From Takakia lepidozioides (taxonomy: Eukaryota; Plantae; Bryophyta), in assembly GCA_030704615.1 (NCBI GenBank), contig CM060731.1, forward strand, positions 1,364,001-1,428,000: a DNA stretch of 64,000 nucleotides, given 5' to 3'. Below, one piece after another: positions 50,545 through 64,000 of the stretch (positions are counted from its first letter, which is position 1; each line of letters opens with the position of its first letter). The translations under genes and the position numbers were made by a program. The notes under the pieces were generated by a model that worked only from the letters and a program-made list of their open reading frames with translations, searched no databases and was not told the origin of the DNA.

Positions 50545-51766
50545 CTAAAAAGTTCTTGAATACTTTTTGATCTCATACATGATGGAAGAAATCGACACAA
50601 CATCCTTGCCAAGGGCAGCACCCCCACCCACACGCTTGAGGCAGTCAGACAGACGAGTATAATAGAGCAGCAACTGCGTGAGGGCCGCCCGCAATATTTC
50701 CATGCCACACACAAAGTTGCTGAAGGATGTGATCACATCTTTGTGCATCACTTCTATCGCACCCTTCCACCGGGCTGCAAAGTCCTTCACCAATGGTTCA
50801 ACTTCTTCCAACGTGATGGGTTGTGCATTGCTTGTCCCTGCTTCCTCCCCTGCACTCCTCACACCCCAGGATGGCCTGGTCAGCCCTCGCACTCCCCTGA
50901 CCCTTTTCTTACCCAAATTCTTTTTTCCATGGGTTCGAGGCATACAAAGTTAACGAGTGCAGGACAAAGGTAGGTGAGGCGCATTGCAAACCTGCACGTG
51001 TCTTTACAAAGGATATAAGTGGTAAGAAATGCTCGCGCAGCTCCTCCTCCTGCATAACACCAACCCTCCCATGCCAACTCTTCACCGGGACTGCACCTAA
51101 AAGTCCCAAAACGAAAGAATCCTAGTAATAGTCCATCCTCGCAAATGCTAGATGACATAGCGTTGAGGGCATAATACTACCTTCCAAAAGAGAGGCCAGG
51201 GCTTCAACCCACCAGGGATGAGAAACTCAGTTTGAAACTACTGCAGCCAACGCAAATGCTGGTGATGTGGGACTGACTGTTGTTGAAGGCTGGCATGTAG
51301 TTCCAGAAGCAGAGACAAGGGAACAAAGAGAGACTGATGTTCTATCAGAAAACTCCCTTACAACCAGTGTTCTTTTTCTTGGCGAATTTTTGCCAAAAAG
51401 GCTCGTTTTTTTTCGGGCCTCCTACCTCACTAAAGGAAAATGAAGGCTTTGTTCTTCAACTTTTCGTTAAAACAGGAGGATGAACAAAGAGGTTGTCGCC
51501 AGTAAATCCGTATAACTGCCATCATGGACATGTTACAAAGTGTCACCTGGCATATGGCGACCTTTCTAGAGGCTGTAGCTCTCGGGGCGCGGCGTAGAAT
51601 TACACAGGTGGCCGCTCACGCTACTTTTTGAAAATGAGAAAAAAAAACGCTGCTAACAACAATTAGGCGCATGTATAACCCTGACGGCATTGTCCCTTTG
51701 AAAAGCATGATACTGATATGAATACCCTACACAGCTTGAGTTTGCACTGCCAGGTGTCCAGAAAGG

Positions 51767-51808
<42 letters not shown>

Positions 51809-54800
51809 TAACATGCTTGCCATTACAATGCTGCCTTAATGCTGAGTCTATTATCCCACTGTATACAAGCTTTGTCAGTGAACGGATGCAAACTTCCCTT
51901 TAAAAGGATCAACAAAGTTCCCCAAAAGCCTAGGACTAGGAAGAATGAAAACCCACAACTAAATCAATTCCTATAGCCAGATGTCTTTTCAAGGTGAATG
52001 AAAATAAGAATGAACACATACCACAAACACTGTGGTGCTGCTTTTTAGTAAATCTTCAAATTGCTGTTGGGTCTTCCCTCCATCTGTACCAGCTTCCTGA
52101 AAGCAAAACAGACACTGCACTCCCTTAGCTTGCCATCAACTATCTTGTTAGCTGTAAAGAACCACTGTGAAAGATTAATCTGAGGGGCACACAAAAAGAG
52201 TTTCCAAGTAGAAGGTTGGTTGCTAGCAGACCTTGAGCACAGCAAGGACCAGGTCATAGTTGTTGATGAGAAAGATAGTTTGCTGCTTCTGCTTGCGGAA
52301 CATCCGTGCAAGCTTCACCAACAAGTCATCCACCGCCACACGCAATCGCTCCAAATTGAGATCCAACTGCACCAACCCATGCTTTGCTCAGTTTCTCAAG
52401 CATGTCGTAAGAATTTTCACATCCTATCTCTGTTCTCCTACCCACAGAAGAGAGACACGTTGGCGTTTAATTCCCCAGTCCGATTCTCTCCAGTTTCTAC
52501 CCACATGAGAAGACATACCTTCCCACATATATATACCTATTTGAGTTCCCAGGTGTGTGTAGAGAATGTGCAATCAGCCGCTTGTTTCAACCTGATCCAA
52601 CTGTGGAAGTGCAACTTTTTCAATCAAAGAACAGCCTTAAGTGGGAGCCATACACCAGCCACTTGGACACATCCTGACAAACACACAGGTTGTCTTTCCC
52701 TCATGTCTACCAGAATTGATTTGAGAAGTACTTAGAAACTCCAACCTAACATTCATCAAGTACCTATAGAAGGAAATACACACCTGACCGTCACCATAGT
52801 TAATATTGAGATGGAGAAGGCTCGCAGCGAATTCTGCATAGCGCCGTGTCACATAGTGTGGGCGCACGTCATCTTCCCAGAGTGTGCGGGCATTGGCAGT
52901 GCGCAGACTACTGAGATGCATGTCAAACACCACCTTGAAGCGGGGCCACACCAATAGATTCAACTATACCCTCACACCCAAAAGATTCCTTTACTCCTCT
53001 GCCTAGAACAAGCACCTCACCGCAATCGCTTGTACCTGCCTGATATGTCTCAACTGATCCCTAATTTCCAATGGAGCTAATACTCATACCAACCTGCTAG
53101 TGTGTCTCAATGGGAAATGCTGAAAGGCACATGCAGACAAGAATGCAAACAAAGGAACATGTGTGAACCAGAGCACTGCTACATCAGAAGCCAAGGCACG
53201 CCCTACCTTGTCAAAGTACGAGTCCAAACAAGGCACACGCCTCTTTGACATCAAAAGCTGCATTCCAATAACAAAACCTATCAGGTTCATATTTCGGTAC
53301 AAGGCAGACAAAAAGGCCTGTGTGAAAAAAGTGCTGAGGTCATTCTGAACTGAAATTTGGTGACAAACTGGGGAGGTTTGAAACAGGACCTGGTGTTGAT
53401 ATGTCAGGCGGATCATAAGAAGGAGGCCAATTGCATCAAAACAATTAGGTAACACTGCATTCAAATGCTCCCCTATTACTCCAAACGGCCCTGTACCCAC
53501 CACCCTTGTTACCTTTCAGCATTCAATTCCTGTCCGCATCATACCGTGTTCATAAAGCTTTACCCAGCACTTCATAACTGAGAATTTGACCACACAAAAC
53601 AAGTAAAGACTGGATCACATGATAGACAGAAGAGAAATCAACAGTACCAGAAAATATTTCATTGAAGATTGCATCCTCTCCAAAGAAGTTGGAGCAGAAC
53701 AGATATCTGCACAACAAGTAGCAATTTCTCATTAGAAATGCCCCTTGCAATACAAAGTGTAGTTAAAGACGATAGATTTGATCTTTGAACTATTCCAAGC
53801 ACCACCTCATCTATACATACTGACCCTTTCAGTCAAATGGAGTTTCCCTGTAATATGATCCCTGCAGACCCCTATAAATGGAGCTAGAGAACTACAAACA
53901 AAGTTACTGTAGAGATCTTCTTCACCACTTCAATCCCTCTTCATGACAACTTACAGAGACAAAAACTGCAGCAACATCACCACCACCACTGCCGTACACA
54001 TTTTGCTTCAACTACAATTTCCACCATACAAATGTCGGCATAGCAGAGCTTCTTCATTTGCCCAAACAAGACAACAGTTTAACACATGGCTACAGGAACT
54101 CATGTCTTAGCCAAAAGTTGTGCTTTACCGTTGCATCTTTACCATTGAACCTTGTTAGTAATTTCTGTGTGAACATATTCTACCAATTACAATTGTTATC
54201 GACTATGCATATTCTTAGAAAAACTGGCTGACAAAAGAGCAAGCAGGAGCATTTAAAGAGGAGGTGCTAAGAAAACAATACTCAGAAGTGGCGGTGTCCA
54301 TGAGCAGCTTGTGAAGGCTGCGAAACAGCACCTCATATGGATATTTTTGACCACTTGCTTCTGCAATGTGAGGGATGATTGCTGCTTCATCTACTTCCTG
54401 CATTCTCATCCATAACCAAGTCCTCCATCACCAACCAAAAAGTTGCGATACATTACTGCTGTCGTCACTGCCATGCACAGATGCATCCGCAAAGCCTATG
54501 GTGCATTACCTTACAGCAGGCAGATGAGGTCTTTCTTTTTTGCACTACCCTCTTCTGCCTCCCATTTCTGGACAAACAAGTAGGAGCATCTATTCTCAGT
54601 CATGATAAACCTTCTGCGAGCGTGGCTCTATGATAAAGTCCTGCTCTGTGTGAACACTGGTCTGGCAAGTAATAGAGACTCCCAGAAATATTTTTATTTC
54701 AAAACTTTTGTTTGTTCAGAGCAATCACCCAAACGCATCTCATCATCTGTTGAGATCTTAACGAAATCCCCATGGAGTAGTGGACTTACTTTCAGCACTG

Positions 54801-57800
54801 TCGCACGATCACCAAGAGCGAAAACGGCAGCACGATTCTTCAGGGGTTCCCGAGCACGGGAGAACAGACCACTACTACGTGTCCCTGTATCTTCCATCCC
54901 AAGCATATCATTCCGGGTTACAATGTCTAGTTGCAACCTCTCCAACGCCAGAATGTAGCTTCGAAAATGCGCAGTCAACACCTGCACTTGCCACCTCATC
55001 ACAGTCAGCCTTCCATATGCATCGTGTTGATCCCGACAGATGCAAAAAAGAGGTCGGCAAGTTTACCTTGTTCATGGTCTCAACATAAGCAGCTCGCACC
55101 TCTGGATACACCTCCCGACCATGGTCATGCAAGAATGTGGCAACATACCTTCATCCAACCCCCACCTTCATTACAACATACCACAGCTGACAGACCACAC
55201 TACCAACATGCCTGTGAAACCACATGCACTTCAATCAGCAGAAACTTCATGATCTCCAAGGGTGTTCAGAACTGACTTGTACTTCAAAAGGACGTTTTGC
55301 TGCAAGATCTGGATGTTTGTTTTGGGACGCCTCAAAGCATACAGTTTCTGCATCAAAAACTCTCGAGCCTGCAACACAAACGACATTGTCCAGCTTAAGA
55401 GGTGAAAAAAAAAGAATGCCAAATCGTGTGATATAGATGCTCTTATACCACCCATGCGTTGCAGCTCCGCCAACATTTCCACATTAGTGAATCCTCTTTA
55501 AAAGCTTTAACTATAGGCATGTTAAGGAGAACAGGATATCTTCAGAATGGCTGGATGGGCAGCCCTGATTCCCACTTGTATACGCATCCTGCTCTTCCCA
55601 CAGGGCTTTCCCCCGCAAAGGCCAACCATCTGCATGAAGAGTTCATGAGTGCCTGACTCATAATGACCCCCTTCAAGCTAGGTTGTGTGTCTGTGTGCAC
55701 AGGCAACCTCCCACATAGGAACAGGAACAAACATCATCCTTAGCTAAGCTGGTTCTTACCCTTATGGTAAGGCTCGCCTTTTTCAAGATAGTGCCACTGA
55801 ACGAAAAGGTCACATTCATGGGAGCAAGAGCAGTTGAGGGTGAAACCTTAGTCACTCCCTTGATGCGGAGTTTCTCTATCTCAGGAATCACATCACGCAT
55901 AGCCGCAAAGTCCTTGGATTCACTATTTTCAGAAACATAAGTCAGCTTCTTGCTCAGCAACTGAAGCACCCTCATATACTCCTCATTTACCTGCAGCCAC
56001 AAGCCCATTCCTGACTCTTGATTCTTGCAAAGGTTAACACAAATTCTGACCTTCAAAACGTGAACGACATTGCATGAAGTGTGCACTAATTCTCAACTCG
56101 CCATTGAACAGCCCTCAGCTTCACTGACAGGCATCACAATGTGTAAGAAAGTGCATGAAATGGAACCGACGGAGCACATTCGGACACCTGGAATGTACAG
56201 AGGCACACACCTCACCATCCACAATTGTTTCAATCATATTTGGAGGAATTACAACTTCTTCGACAAATCGCGCCAGCTTGACCTCAGCCACCTATCACAC
56301 AAACAACCAATAAGGAAGTGTGATTTCTGCATTCACATGGCAGAAGACAGGACAACTGAAGTACTGCACGTCTAACACACACAACCAGGGATACCTCTAT
56401 CATGGCACCAGCAAACATACGAATGCCCCCAACTGTCTCTACATAATCATTACTCCGGTCCTGAAGATCAGCACAACAGGACCAGACAACACAGGAAATT
56501 TCCTTTGAACATCCTCATCTACACCTATGCAGTTTCTGCAAAAAAGGATAGGCACACGGCAATGGTACCTTCCGGTTTTTTAGCTTGACTCCCATGTTCA
56601 TAGACTGCTCCTGAAGGTTCTTGATTTCGGAGCTTATCGATCCCAAATCTGCCTGGGCATCGCAACACACCAATCCACCAAGGCATTGACATAAAATCAA
56701 CAGAGTCTTCAAGGTCCATGACAACATGTGTAGTGCACACGAGTATGTAGAAGTTAACCCAAACTATCACTGGGTTGATTTTCTTGTTGCAACCACATTT
56801 GAAGAAAAACTCATCTTTACCTGAAAACCACCAAGCAAGGCCTCCATATTGGTAAGGATTGAATCACATTCCCGGATTTGAGCATGCAGCGAAACCAGGT
56901 TGTCACTCTCTTTCATGTAGTCCTGCAGGATTGCATGGATATAAATCTTCAGATTAGCACACTTCCAAACACTTTCAAACTCTCTCTCTCTCTTTCTGAT
57001 TAGCACGACATTTCTGTGGTAAACACAGGGCTATAAAACTACTTTGCAACCGGGATTCTCACCAGAGAGTGACCCTCTTCAGGAACATCGAGAACATTGT
57101 TCCCGCACCTCTGTTCACCAACTTTGAAAATCTTGAGGCTGAGCCTAAAGCCCTGGCCCTGTTGGGGTCTAATTGCTGGGCAGCTCACACACAGCAAGTT
57201 CATGGTTGTGTGATGGGCCTCACAAAGGTTGTTTTTGTTTCGTTTCGCCCAAACTGGGCGCAGGGTCTATGGGCACGAGGCTACAGCAAACAACGTCTTA
57301 TGAGTACATTCTCTCTCGACAGTGCGTTTCCACTCTGTAACATGGCTGAGGACCTTAAGGATGATCTGAAGGGTACTAGAATGAAATTCATATTCAGGGC
57401 AGGGAGTCTACCTTTGTACAATAAACAAATGCACAGAGGAAAGGGAGATTGTCAATGCCCGATGTGCGGGCGGCCTGAAGATATCTGGGGTATTCTCATA
57501 AGAGAGCGACCCTCTTCAGGACCGTCAAGAACATAGTCCCTGTACCTCTCTCTGTTCACCAACTTTAAAAATCTCGAGGCCCTGACCCTGTTGGGGTCTA
57601 ATTGCGGGGCAGCTCACACAGCAGATTGATGCTTGTGTGAAATCTGGAATGCCACAACTAATTGTTAATACTACTGGAGTGAGCCGGCAAACAACGTCTA
57701 ATGAGTGCATTCTCTCCACGGTGCACACTTGCCCTTTCCCAAAAGGGTGTGATTGGTAGTGCAACCGGAACATGTGTCAGGTCTCTCACAAGGTAAAAGG

Positions 57801-59643
57801 CTACAGGAGCAAGGATAGCATCAACTCATGCTTTCTAGCATGATGGCTATGCCGACCCTGACATCAACAATCAAAGTCCCTGTAACCAGACTGTTGCTCA
57901 GCCCACCAAGGTGAATAAATTGACTGAGACCCAATTTGCTTCATTTCATATACACTGCTGGGCTAACACCCCAGAACCACCTCCAGGAGGACCAGGACCT
58001 TGCCCTCAGATAGGTAACATTCACATAGAACCCTTGACGAGTTATTTGAAATAAACAGCACCCATGTTTAAACTTGGACACTAAAAACACACACGCAAGC
58101 AAAGCAACACCAATAAACCCCTCTTATGATACTACTTTTACAATATTCTGAATAGCAAACAAGCAGGCAGACCTGACCTGAATTGACTCCAGCTCTACTT
58201 GGCGAAGCTTTTCCTCCACATCCCGGGCGTACTCACGCAACTGACTGCCCTGCCCAAGAATGTTTGCCACCATCTGCACATTCCCAACTCTGAAAATTGA
58301 AAAGGAATCTACAAACATACTATTGCTCGCAAAGAACATTGCAGTCCATAGAGGGGAGCATTTGGCATCTATAATGCTAAGCAAATTTTGCAGAAGCAAT
58401 CTGTTTCATCATCTAGTACTGCAGTCATCCAATTTGCTCAACATGCTCCCCCACCTCAACATTCTACAGCTGCAAACCGACAAGAATCTGCCAAAATATG
58501 AGAAGGCAGTAGAAAGAAGGAACCTTCTGGCCTTGAAGGTGCTCCAGCTCCTCCTGCAGCCCCTCCAGCGACACCTCATCACTGCCACACCATGCCATTT
58601 GTTTACTCTATCAGCTGCCAGCCTTCTCCCTCTCCTACAGGCAAGGACCCAGAATAACTTTGGACAACCAATTTCTGCCTGTCCAGCAATGCCTCTGGAG
58701 GTCAAGTACCAACCAGCATAGTAATTTCACCTTCTGGCCTCCCCCAACCCCCAGAAGAAAACCCCTCTATCAATCACCCCTTTCTCAAGTAAAATCCGGA
58801 TTCCTCTTTCTATGTCCTCCATCCATGCATAAATGTATGTAGAGTGGGACAGCCTGCAGACCTTGTAATGTCATCCTCAAATGTGAGGTCACCAGCTGTG
58901 ACTGCCAGATCTGCTGCTTGCTGCTCTGCTTCTCCAAGCTCAGCTTCCTACTCCCCAATCCCTCCATTCATTTACTGTCAAAAAAGAATTACCATACTAG
59001 AGAAATTTGTTTACAATACATAAGTTCCATAGAACTCCCAGATTGAGATGACAATGAGAAACTATTGGTGCCAATGCCCATGATGAATTATTCAAACATC
59101 ACAAGAGGACACAGCCTCATTTAGAGAATAATAACATCGTTATGCGTTGCCTTTCACAGAAGTGGCAATTCACACCCGTACTTGAGAGGGCGCACCACCA
59201 GTATGCTCTTCTCCAGAGATTGGATCTAACCAACCGTCTGGTCCTCAAAGTGACACGGTACCATCACATTGCCATCAGAGCACCTTCCGTCATTCCAATT
59301 ATGGATGGCTCACCAAGACTTACCCTATAATGATGGCAACAGATATAGGCAAAGAGCTGGGAGAGCTGGTGGCAGGCCTGGACTAAATTCGGCAGTTGGA
59401 TCCAACCAACTGCATTGATCTTCATCTTCTCCGTTTTCATCAACTCACAAGGGAAGAGTCACAAACCGAGGACGCAAACAGAGGCGATGCAAACAGCTTC
59501 TCCAACGCTGCTTGTGCGTACTCCTCTGGAGTCAGTTGCTTCTCCGGCGCGGCCTCCACACTGTCCTCCCCCTCACTTCCCGTTTCTGCAGACTCCTGCC
59601 CCACCACTGGTCGCCTCACTGCCATAGCTGAGGCCTCCATCAT
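50545..59643 (-). CDS. VPS52: Vacuolar protein sorting 52 (GARP/EARP tethering subunit), multi-exon
   Basis: Exons encode GDLTFEDD..DEVSLEGLQEELE, LRQVELESIQDYMKESDNLVSLHAQIRECDSIL, ADLGSISSEIKNLQEQSMNMGVKLKNRK, LRRPKTNIQILQQNVLLKYK, YPYEVLFRSLHKLLMDTATSEY, LLVWPRFKVVFDMHL..PHYVTRRYAEF and the C-terminus ALTQLLLYYTR..DVVSISSIMYEIKKYSRTF*. Confidence 0.96.
51769..51803 (+). repeat. (GA)n microsatellite in a VPS52 intron
   Basis: An uninterrupted GA run of about 17 units. Confidence 0.95.
57050..57730 (+). mobile_element. Tandemly duplicated LINE (RTE/RTEX-like) 3' fragments in a VPS52 intron
   Basis: Translates to MKFIFRAGSLPL...CQCPMCGRPED. The segment GACCCTCTTCAGGA...CTGTTCACCAACTTT...CCCTGTTGGGGTCTAATTGC occurs at ~57071 and ~57508. 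It belongs to the same family as 26290-26770. Confidence 0.7.
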
Positions 59644-60073
59644 CGCATCACAACACACTCCCGTCTTCGCGAACTCTCCTGCGGAGGGAGAGAGAGAGAG
59701 AGAGGCTTGTCTCTGACCGTTCTGGGCTGCCCGGATGTTTTGCATCTAAATTCATCCCTGATTCCTCCATGGTTACCACGTATATCATCCACGAGCAGCT
59801 GTTCTCATCTAAGGAGAGAAGTTTTCGGGCAGGGTAGGCGGCACGTGGCGAGCAGCGAACGAGAGTAATATATTGAGCCCGCGCTCGCTTCCTCTTCTTT
59901 CCCACACCGACAATTGTAGACTGGGATTTGTGGAGGCAATCTCTGGTGTGAGATCGGGGAGGCCTTGCGCTTGCTGTGAAGATGGCGTGGAGGGTGTGGT
60001 AGGCGCAGGTTGGTGGATGAAATGAAATTATAAAAATCGTTGTGAGGTGTGCCAGGTGAAGCAAGTGGTGAAT
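59644..60073. promoter_or_regulatory. Short divergent (putative bidirectional) promoter between VPS52 and BAG
   Basis: Head-to-head ATGs are ~430 bp apart. A G-box/ABRE GCACGTGGC lies at ~59841 and a GA repeat at ~59688-59703. Confidence 0.6.
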
Positions 60074-61900
60074 ATGAACAGAACGAATTCCAAGGGCGTC
60101 TTGGCGGGCAGTGCAGAGGAAGGGGCGGATTTGATAGAATGGGAAATGCGACCAGGCGGTATGCTTGTGCAGCGGAGGGATCCTGATGCGGCTGTTCCAG
60201 CTGGGCCTATGATCAAGCTCAAGGTGTCCCATGGGCTCTTCTCGCATGAGATCAGTGCGCCCGCCCATTCTACCTTCGGTATGCCCCGGTTCGGGACTCA
60301 ACCTTGAATCTTGCATACTGGTACAGTGCCTATACATGAGAGAAATGTGTGTCGGTATTGGGGGCGGTAGATGGAGCTACTTGTACCACATCAGTGAGGC
60401 GGTTTTTAATATGTACATAACGAGCAAAGGGAGCAGATTAGGTAGTGGCAATATGAGGACCTTGTTGCTGTTGTAATTTCTCTTGCTCAATGATCATGGT
60501 CAAGCGTCTCTATATCTCCCAGACCTACCCTAATATGTCCTGTTTTTATTCTTTTAAATTTGAAGGCTTGGTTCCATTTGAAGTACAGGACAGGACAGCT
60601 GTGGAAAAAGCCTTCATGTTCTTGGGGCGAACAAGTTTATCATTTCAATAGAGCTGTTGGAAAATAAGCTTGTAGAAGCGCCCTAGAAAGGGTTTTAGAC
60701 TGAAACTGGAGGGTTTGGATGCAGGTGATGTGAAGAAGTTGCTGGTACAGGACACAGGTCTGGAACCACAAGAGCAGCGGTTATTGTTCAGAGGGAAAGA
60801 GAAGGACAATGCCGAAGCGCTTCATGTTGCAGGTGTGAAAGACAAGTCAAAACTTATACTGGTGGAGGACCCTGCTTCACGGGAGAGAAAGCTGGAGGAA
60901 CAACGGAAAAAGGAGCTTATTGCACGGGCTTGCCAAGCTGTGTCCAACGTCCGAACAGATGTAGACAAGTTGGGGGCACAGGTATCTTTGGTTTCCTTCA
61001 TCCAAATTGTTTATTGTGTTGTAATATTGCCTTGCTCATCTGACTTCTCTTCACGGTGATGGTTGAATGAGGTGCCTGGCTGCGTTTTCATCTCTCTGTA
61101 TTTTCACCACTTAGCCCATGTTAGGAACGTATTCGGCAGTGCTGTCTTGCAGCCTGGCTCTTCCTGAGTCTTTCCCTATTTCCATCTTCATTTGTGACCA
61201 ATAGTTTCCCTAGAGTCTATCCCCTCCTGCACTTCCTCTCTCCACCCCTTGCACTCCTATCCCAAACTTCTAGCTTCATTACTGGAACTGCGTAACGAAT
61301 ATATGGAGATGCATAGCTGGATTGCACTTCATCTTAGGATCTTAAAGCTGCTTGAAATAGGGAGTTTGGCTTGCTATTCACTTACAGGAAGAAGAAAGTG
61401 GAGCTAACAAAATGCTTAATGTTAACTTGCAGGTATCAACTCTGGAAGGCACCGTACGAAGTGGGGGCAAGACTGAGGAGAGCGAGTTGATAGTGTTGAG
61501 TGAACTGCTAATGCGACAATTGTTGAAGCTTGATAGCATTGAGGCAGATGGTGATGCAAAGGCCCTCAGAAGAACAGAGGTACGATGACACACTCCTTGT
61601 AGGAGGAGGTTACTTAACATGTTTTTGTTGTGGTCTCTAAGTTTGTGTTTTGATTAGATTGTTATGGCAGCTGACACTCAGACTTTTTCTGTGCTATCGA
61701 GCTACCAGGTAAAGAGGGTACAAGGTCTTGTGGAAGCAGTGGATTGGTTGAGAGGAGCTCGCCTGAGGCCGCCACCTGGTGAGAGCACAGTTGTAGTCAC
61801 CACACAGTGGGAGACATTTGACAATGGTCTGGGCAGCCTCACTGCTCCTCCTCCCTCTACCTCACCCAGTGTCACCACAGACTGGGAGACCTTTGATTAA
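60074..61900 (+). CDS. BAG-family co-chaperone (ubiquitin-like plus BAG domain, plant BAG1-4 type), 4 exons
   Basis: Motifs WEMRPGGMLVQRR, IKLKVSHG..HEISAPAHSTFGDVKKLL..TGLEPQEQRLLFRGKEK, LSELLMRQLLKLDSIEADGDAKALRRTEVKRVQ and VVTTQWETFD...TTDWETFD*. Exons are ~60074-60278, 60725-60981, 61433-61579 and 61709-61900. Confidence 0.93.
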
Positions 61901-64000
61901 AGGTAGACCTAATGTTCTCACCTTATATTCCAGGTTTCTAGTGCGGAAAGGGATATAATTGGCTGGTTCCATCCTGTATAATGATTTAATTGGCCTCAGT
62001 TTTAAGAGAGCTATGAATAAGGAATGGTTTTGGGACAGTCCAGGAATTCTGGCTACACTAGCTTTCTCTTAGGAGTTCAGCAGGTTTACTTATGTCAACA
62101 ATGAAGATTTCATTTCAGTTGAGAGGGGTTTCAAGTGGCTGCCCATTTCTGGGGGGTTGTCTTCTCACCGAAAAGCTTCTTGTAGAGCTAAGTGCAGACA
62201 CAAAAGTGAGCGCCAGCCTCTTGAACCTCTCTGTACTTTATGATGGTCCAAGGTCAAAGTTGTGTCTGTTGCAGTGACACCTATGCAGAACTCATTGCTC
62301 CCCTTGAAAACTCGTAGGATTACAAATTTTGTTTCATGATTTGACTAATTTGAGATTGTACTATTCATGTAATAACCTTATCGAATATTGTTTTATGTGT
62401 GTTTTAGTACATCAACATCAAAAGATGACCAGAACAGGGTAGTTTTGGAAGTCGAATAGTGCCCATCTGCAAATTTATAAGCTTAGCTGGCAAGGACCAT
62501 ATGCATGGACCTTGCCTTCTGTGGTTGGTTTCTTCCCATATATGAGGGTTTACCCAGCCCTTCTCATTTCAAACTTGCAACTTGTCAAGGTTCTCTCATT
62601 TTGCTGCTGGCACAACACCTGACTTTAGGCCCAATATCTCTCTGAACAGTGATGGGTTGGTTCTCAGGCACATGCAAATACACATGGTCTGTATATTCTC
62701 ACTATCCTGACCATTGTATAAACTATTGATGAAATGGTTACTAACATTCACAGGACAGGTGGTTGCAGAGGTGTGAAGTGCATCTTATACATTATTAGTT
62801 TTGAATGTTGCATGGATTAGTAATGTCAAAACCACAGTGTTACAACTTCTATTATGTGATAGTAAGGTTAACTTGTTGAACTATCAAACACAAACCTTTT
62901 CCCATATTGTGGTAACTTTTTCCTGACCACCCTCTTTTACTGTCAAAGAGGGTTGAGGGTTTTTGTTTTTTCTCCGTACCAGTACCATTTGAGGAGGAGG
63001 GCATGAGTTTCTCTAACAAGAATTCTCCTTCAATTCTAGCTGGGTGGTTGCCCCAGCTCCCCCCTCTCCAGAGACTTCGTCTTTTGTGCAGTTTGATAGG
63101 TATGATTTTTAACGTTCAGAAGAATGCCCAAACTCTTGCACCATAAAATGAAGAGAACTAACTTTTGATGTTTACAGTTTGCACTCTTGCAAGGCATTGG
63201 AAGGTCAGTCATAACATCTCACAATAATGCCATGCCCCTAAGAACAATTCACAGAGGCCTTTGTACGAATTAAATTCAATCAACATGAGACACTTGCCAG
63301 TCTGAGTGAAGAGATGGTTGTTTTACCATCATATTTTGAAGAAAATTGCAGAGTAATCAAGTAAACATTATGCATGATGGATTTAGTAACTCTTTTGACT
63401 GCCCATGCAGTTGGATTCAGGTCATATATTTTTGTACCCTCATGATTTGAAAGGTTATATTTTAGCCTTGCACTTTTTTCACGTTGGAATCTAAATTGAG
63501 TTATCGACCAGTACTTTTATCAAAAGCAAGTTTTGGAGGTTGAAATGAGATGGAATAAATCATTTGTTGTTTACTTTGACATAAAGTAAGGAGTCGATTG
63601 CCAAGATGCAATGCACCCTCCATGGTTAACAGTTCCATGCTCGCATTTCAGGACTTCGTTCCCTTTTTAAGATAATAAATGGACTCAATGATAGACCTAT
63701 CAGGGCTGATGGATGGTTGAAGGCACAATTTTTTTTGAAGTACTTAGGATTTGAACCTGGCGGATGAGCCCTGAGCCTCAACTCATCCAAAGAACGTCAG
63801 GTCATACTTGTTTCTAATGTATCCATCCATGGTATAAAATATGGGGAAAAGCAGAGAATGAAGATGAGAAAGGATTGATTAGAGACACATGCAACATCCA
63901 TGGCAGTCATGTAATGAGCCAATCTTAGGAGTCCTCTTTATTTTCTGATTTAAGGGGTCTGCTAACATTCATTGTAACTTTGCTTGAAAAATAAGTTATA

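Noticed and set aside
51365-51670. hAT-MITE-like start CAGTGTT in a VPS52 intron
   Set aside because: No matching right end or 8-bp TSD.
63725-63795. B-box-like GGTTCAAATCC with an A-tail on the minus strand
   Set aside because: No A-box or cloverleaf; at most a SINE remnant, not a tRNA.
1-64000. Prokaryotic systems (CRISPR arrays, operons, rRNA)
   Set aside because: The sequence is intron-containing plant nuclear DNA, and no repeat-spacer arrays or rRNA-like segments were seen.

Overview
Eukaryotic nuclear DNA from a land plant. A non-seed lineage such as a hornwort or other bryophyte-grade plant is inferred from compact multi-exon genes, PLS-type PPR remnants and unusual purine-rich splice acceptors. 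The first ~11.4 kb is a transposon cluster: a truncated CACTA/En-Spm element whose TnpA-like gene contains an FCP1/NIF-type HAD phosphatase domain, a decayed PIF/Harbinger element with convergent nuclease and Myb-like genes, and an L1-type LINE 3' fragment. The remainder is gene-dense: SAC3A/LENG8-like (+), nicalin (-), a PAN/apple plus cyclophilin-fold protein (+), a pseudogene joining an OSB-type PDF motif to PLS-PPR repeats (-), chloroplast FKBP16-3 (+), an AMT2 ammonium transporter (-), VPS52 (-) and a UBL-BAG co-chaperone (+). Introns carry LINE, SINE and LTR-like fragments. The best candidate for an undescribed system is the CACTA TnpA-phosphatase fusion, followed by the PDF-PPR fusion and the G-rich 3' splice-site architecture. 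Exon boundaries and family assignments were made by eye from recalled motifs, without database searches.
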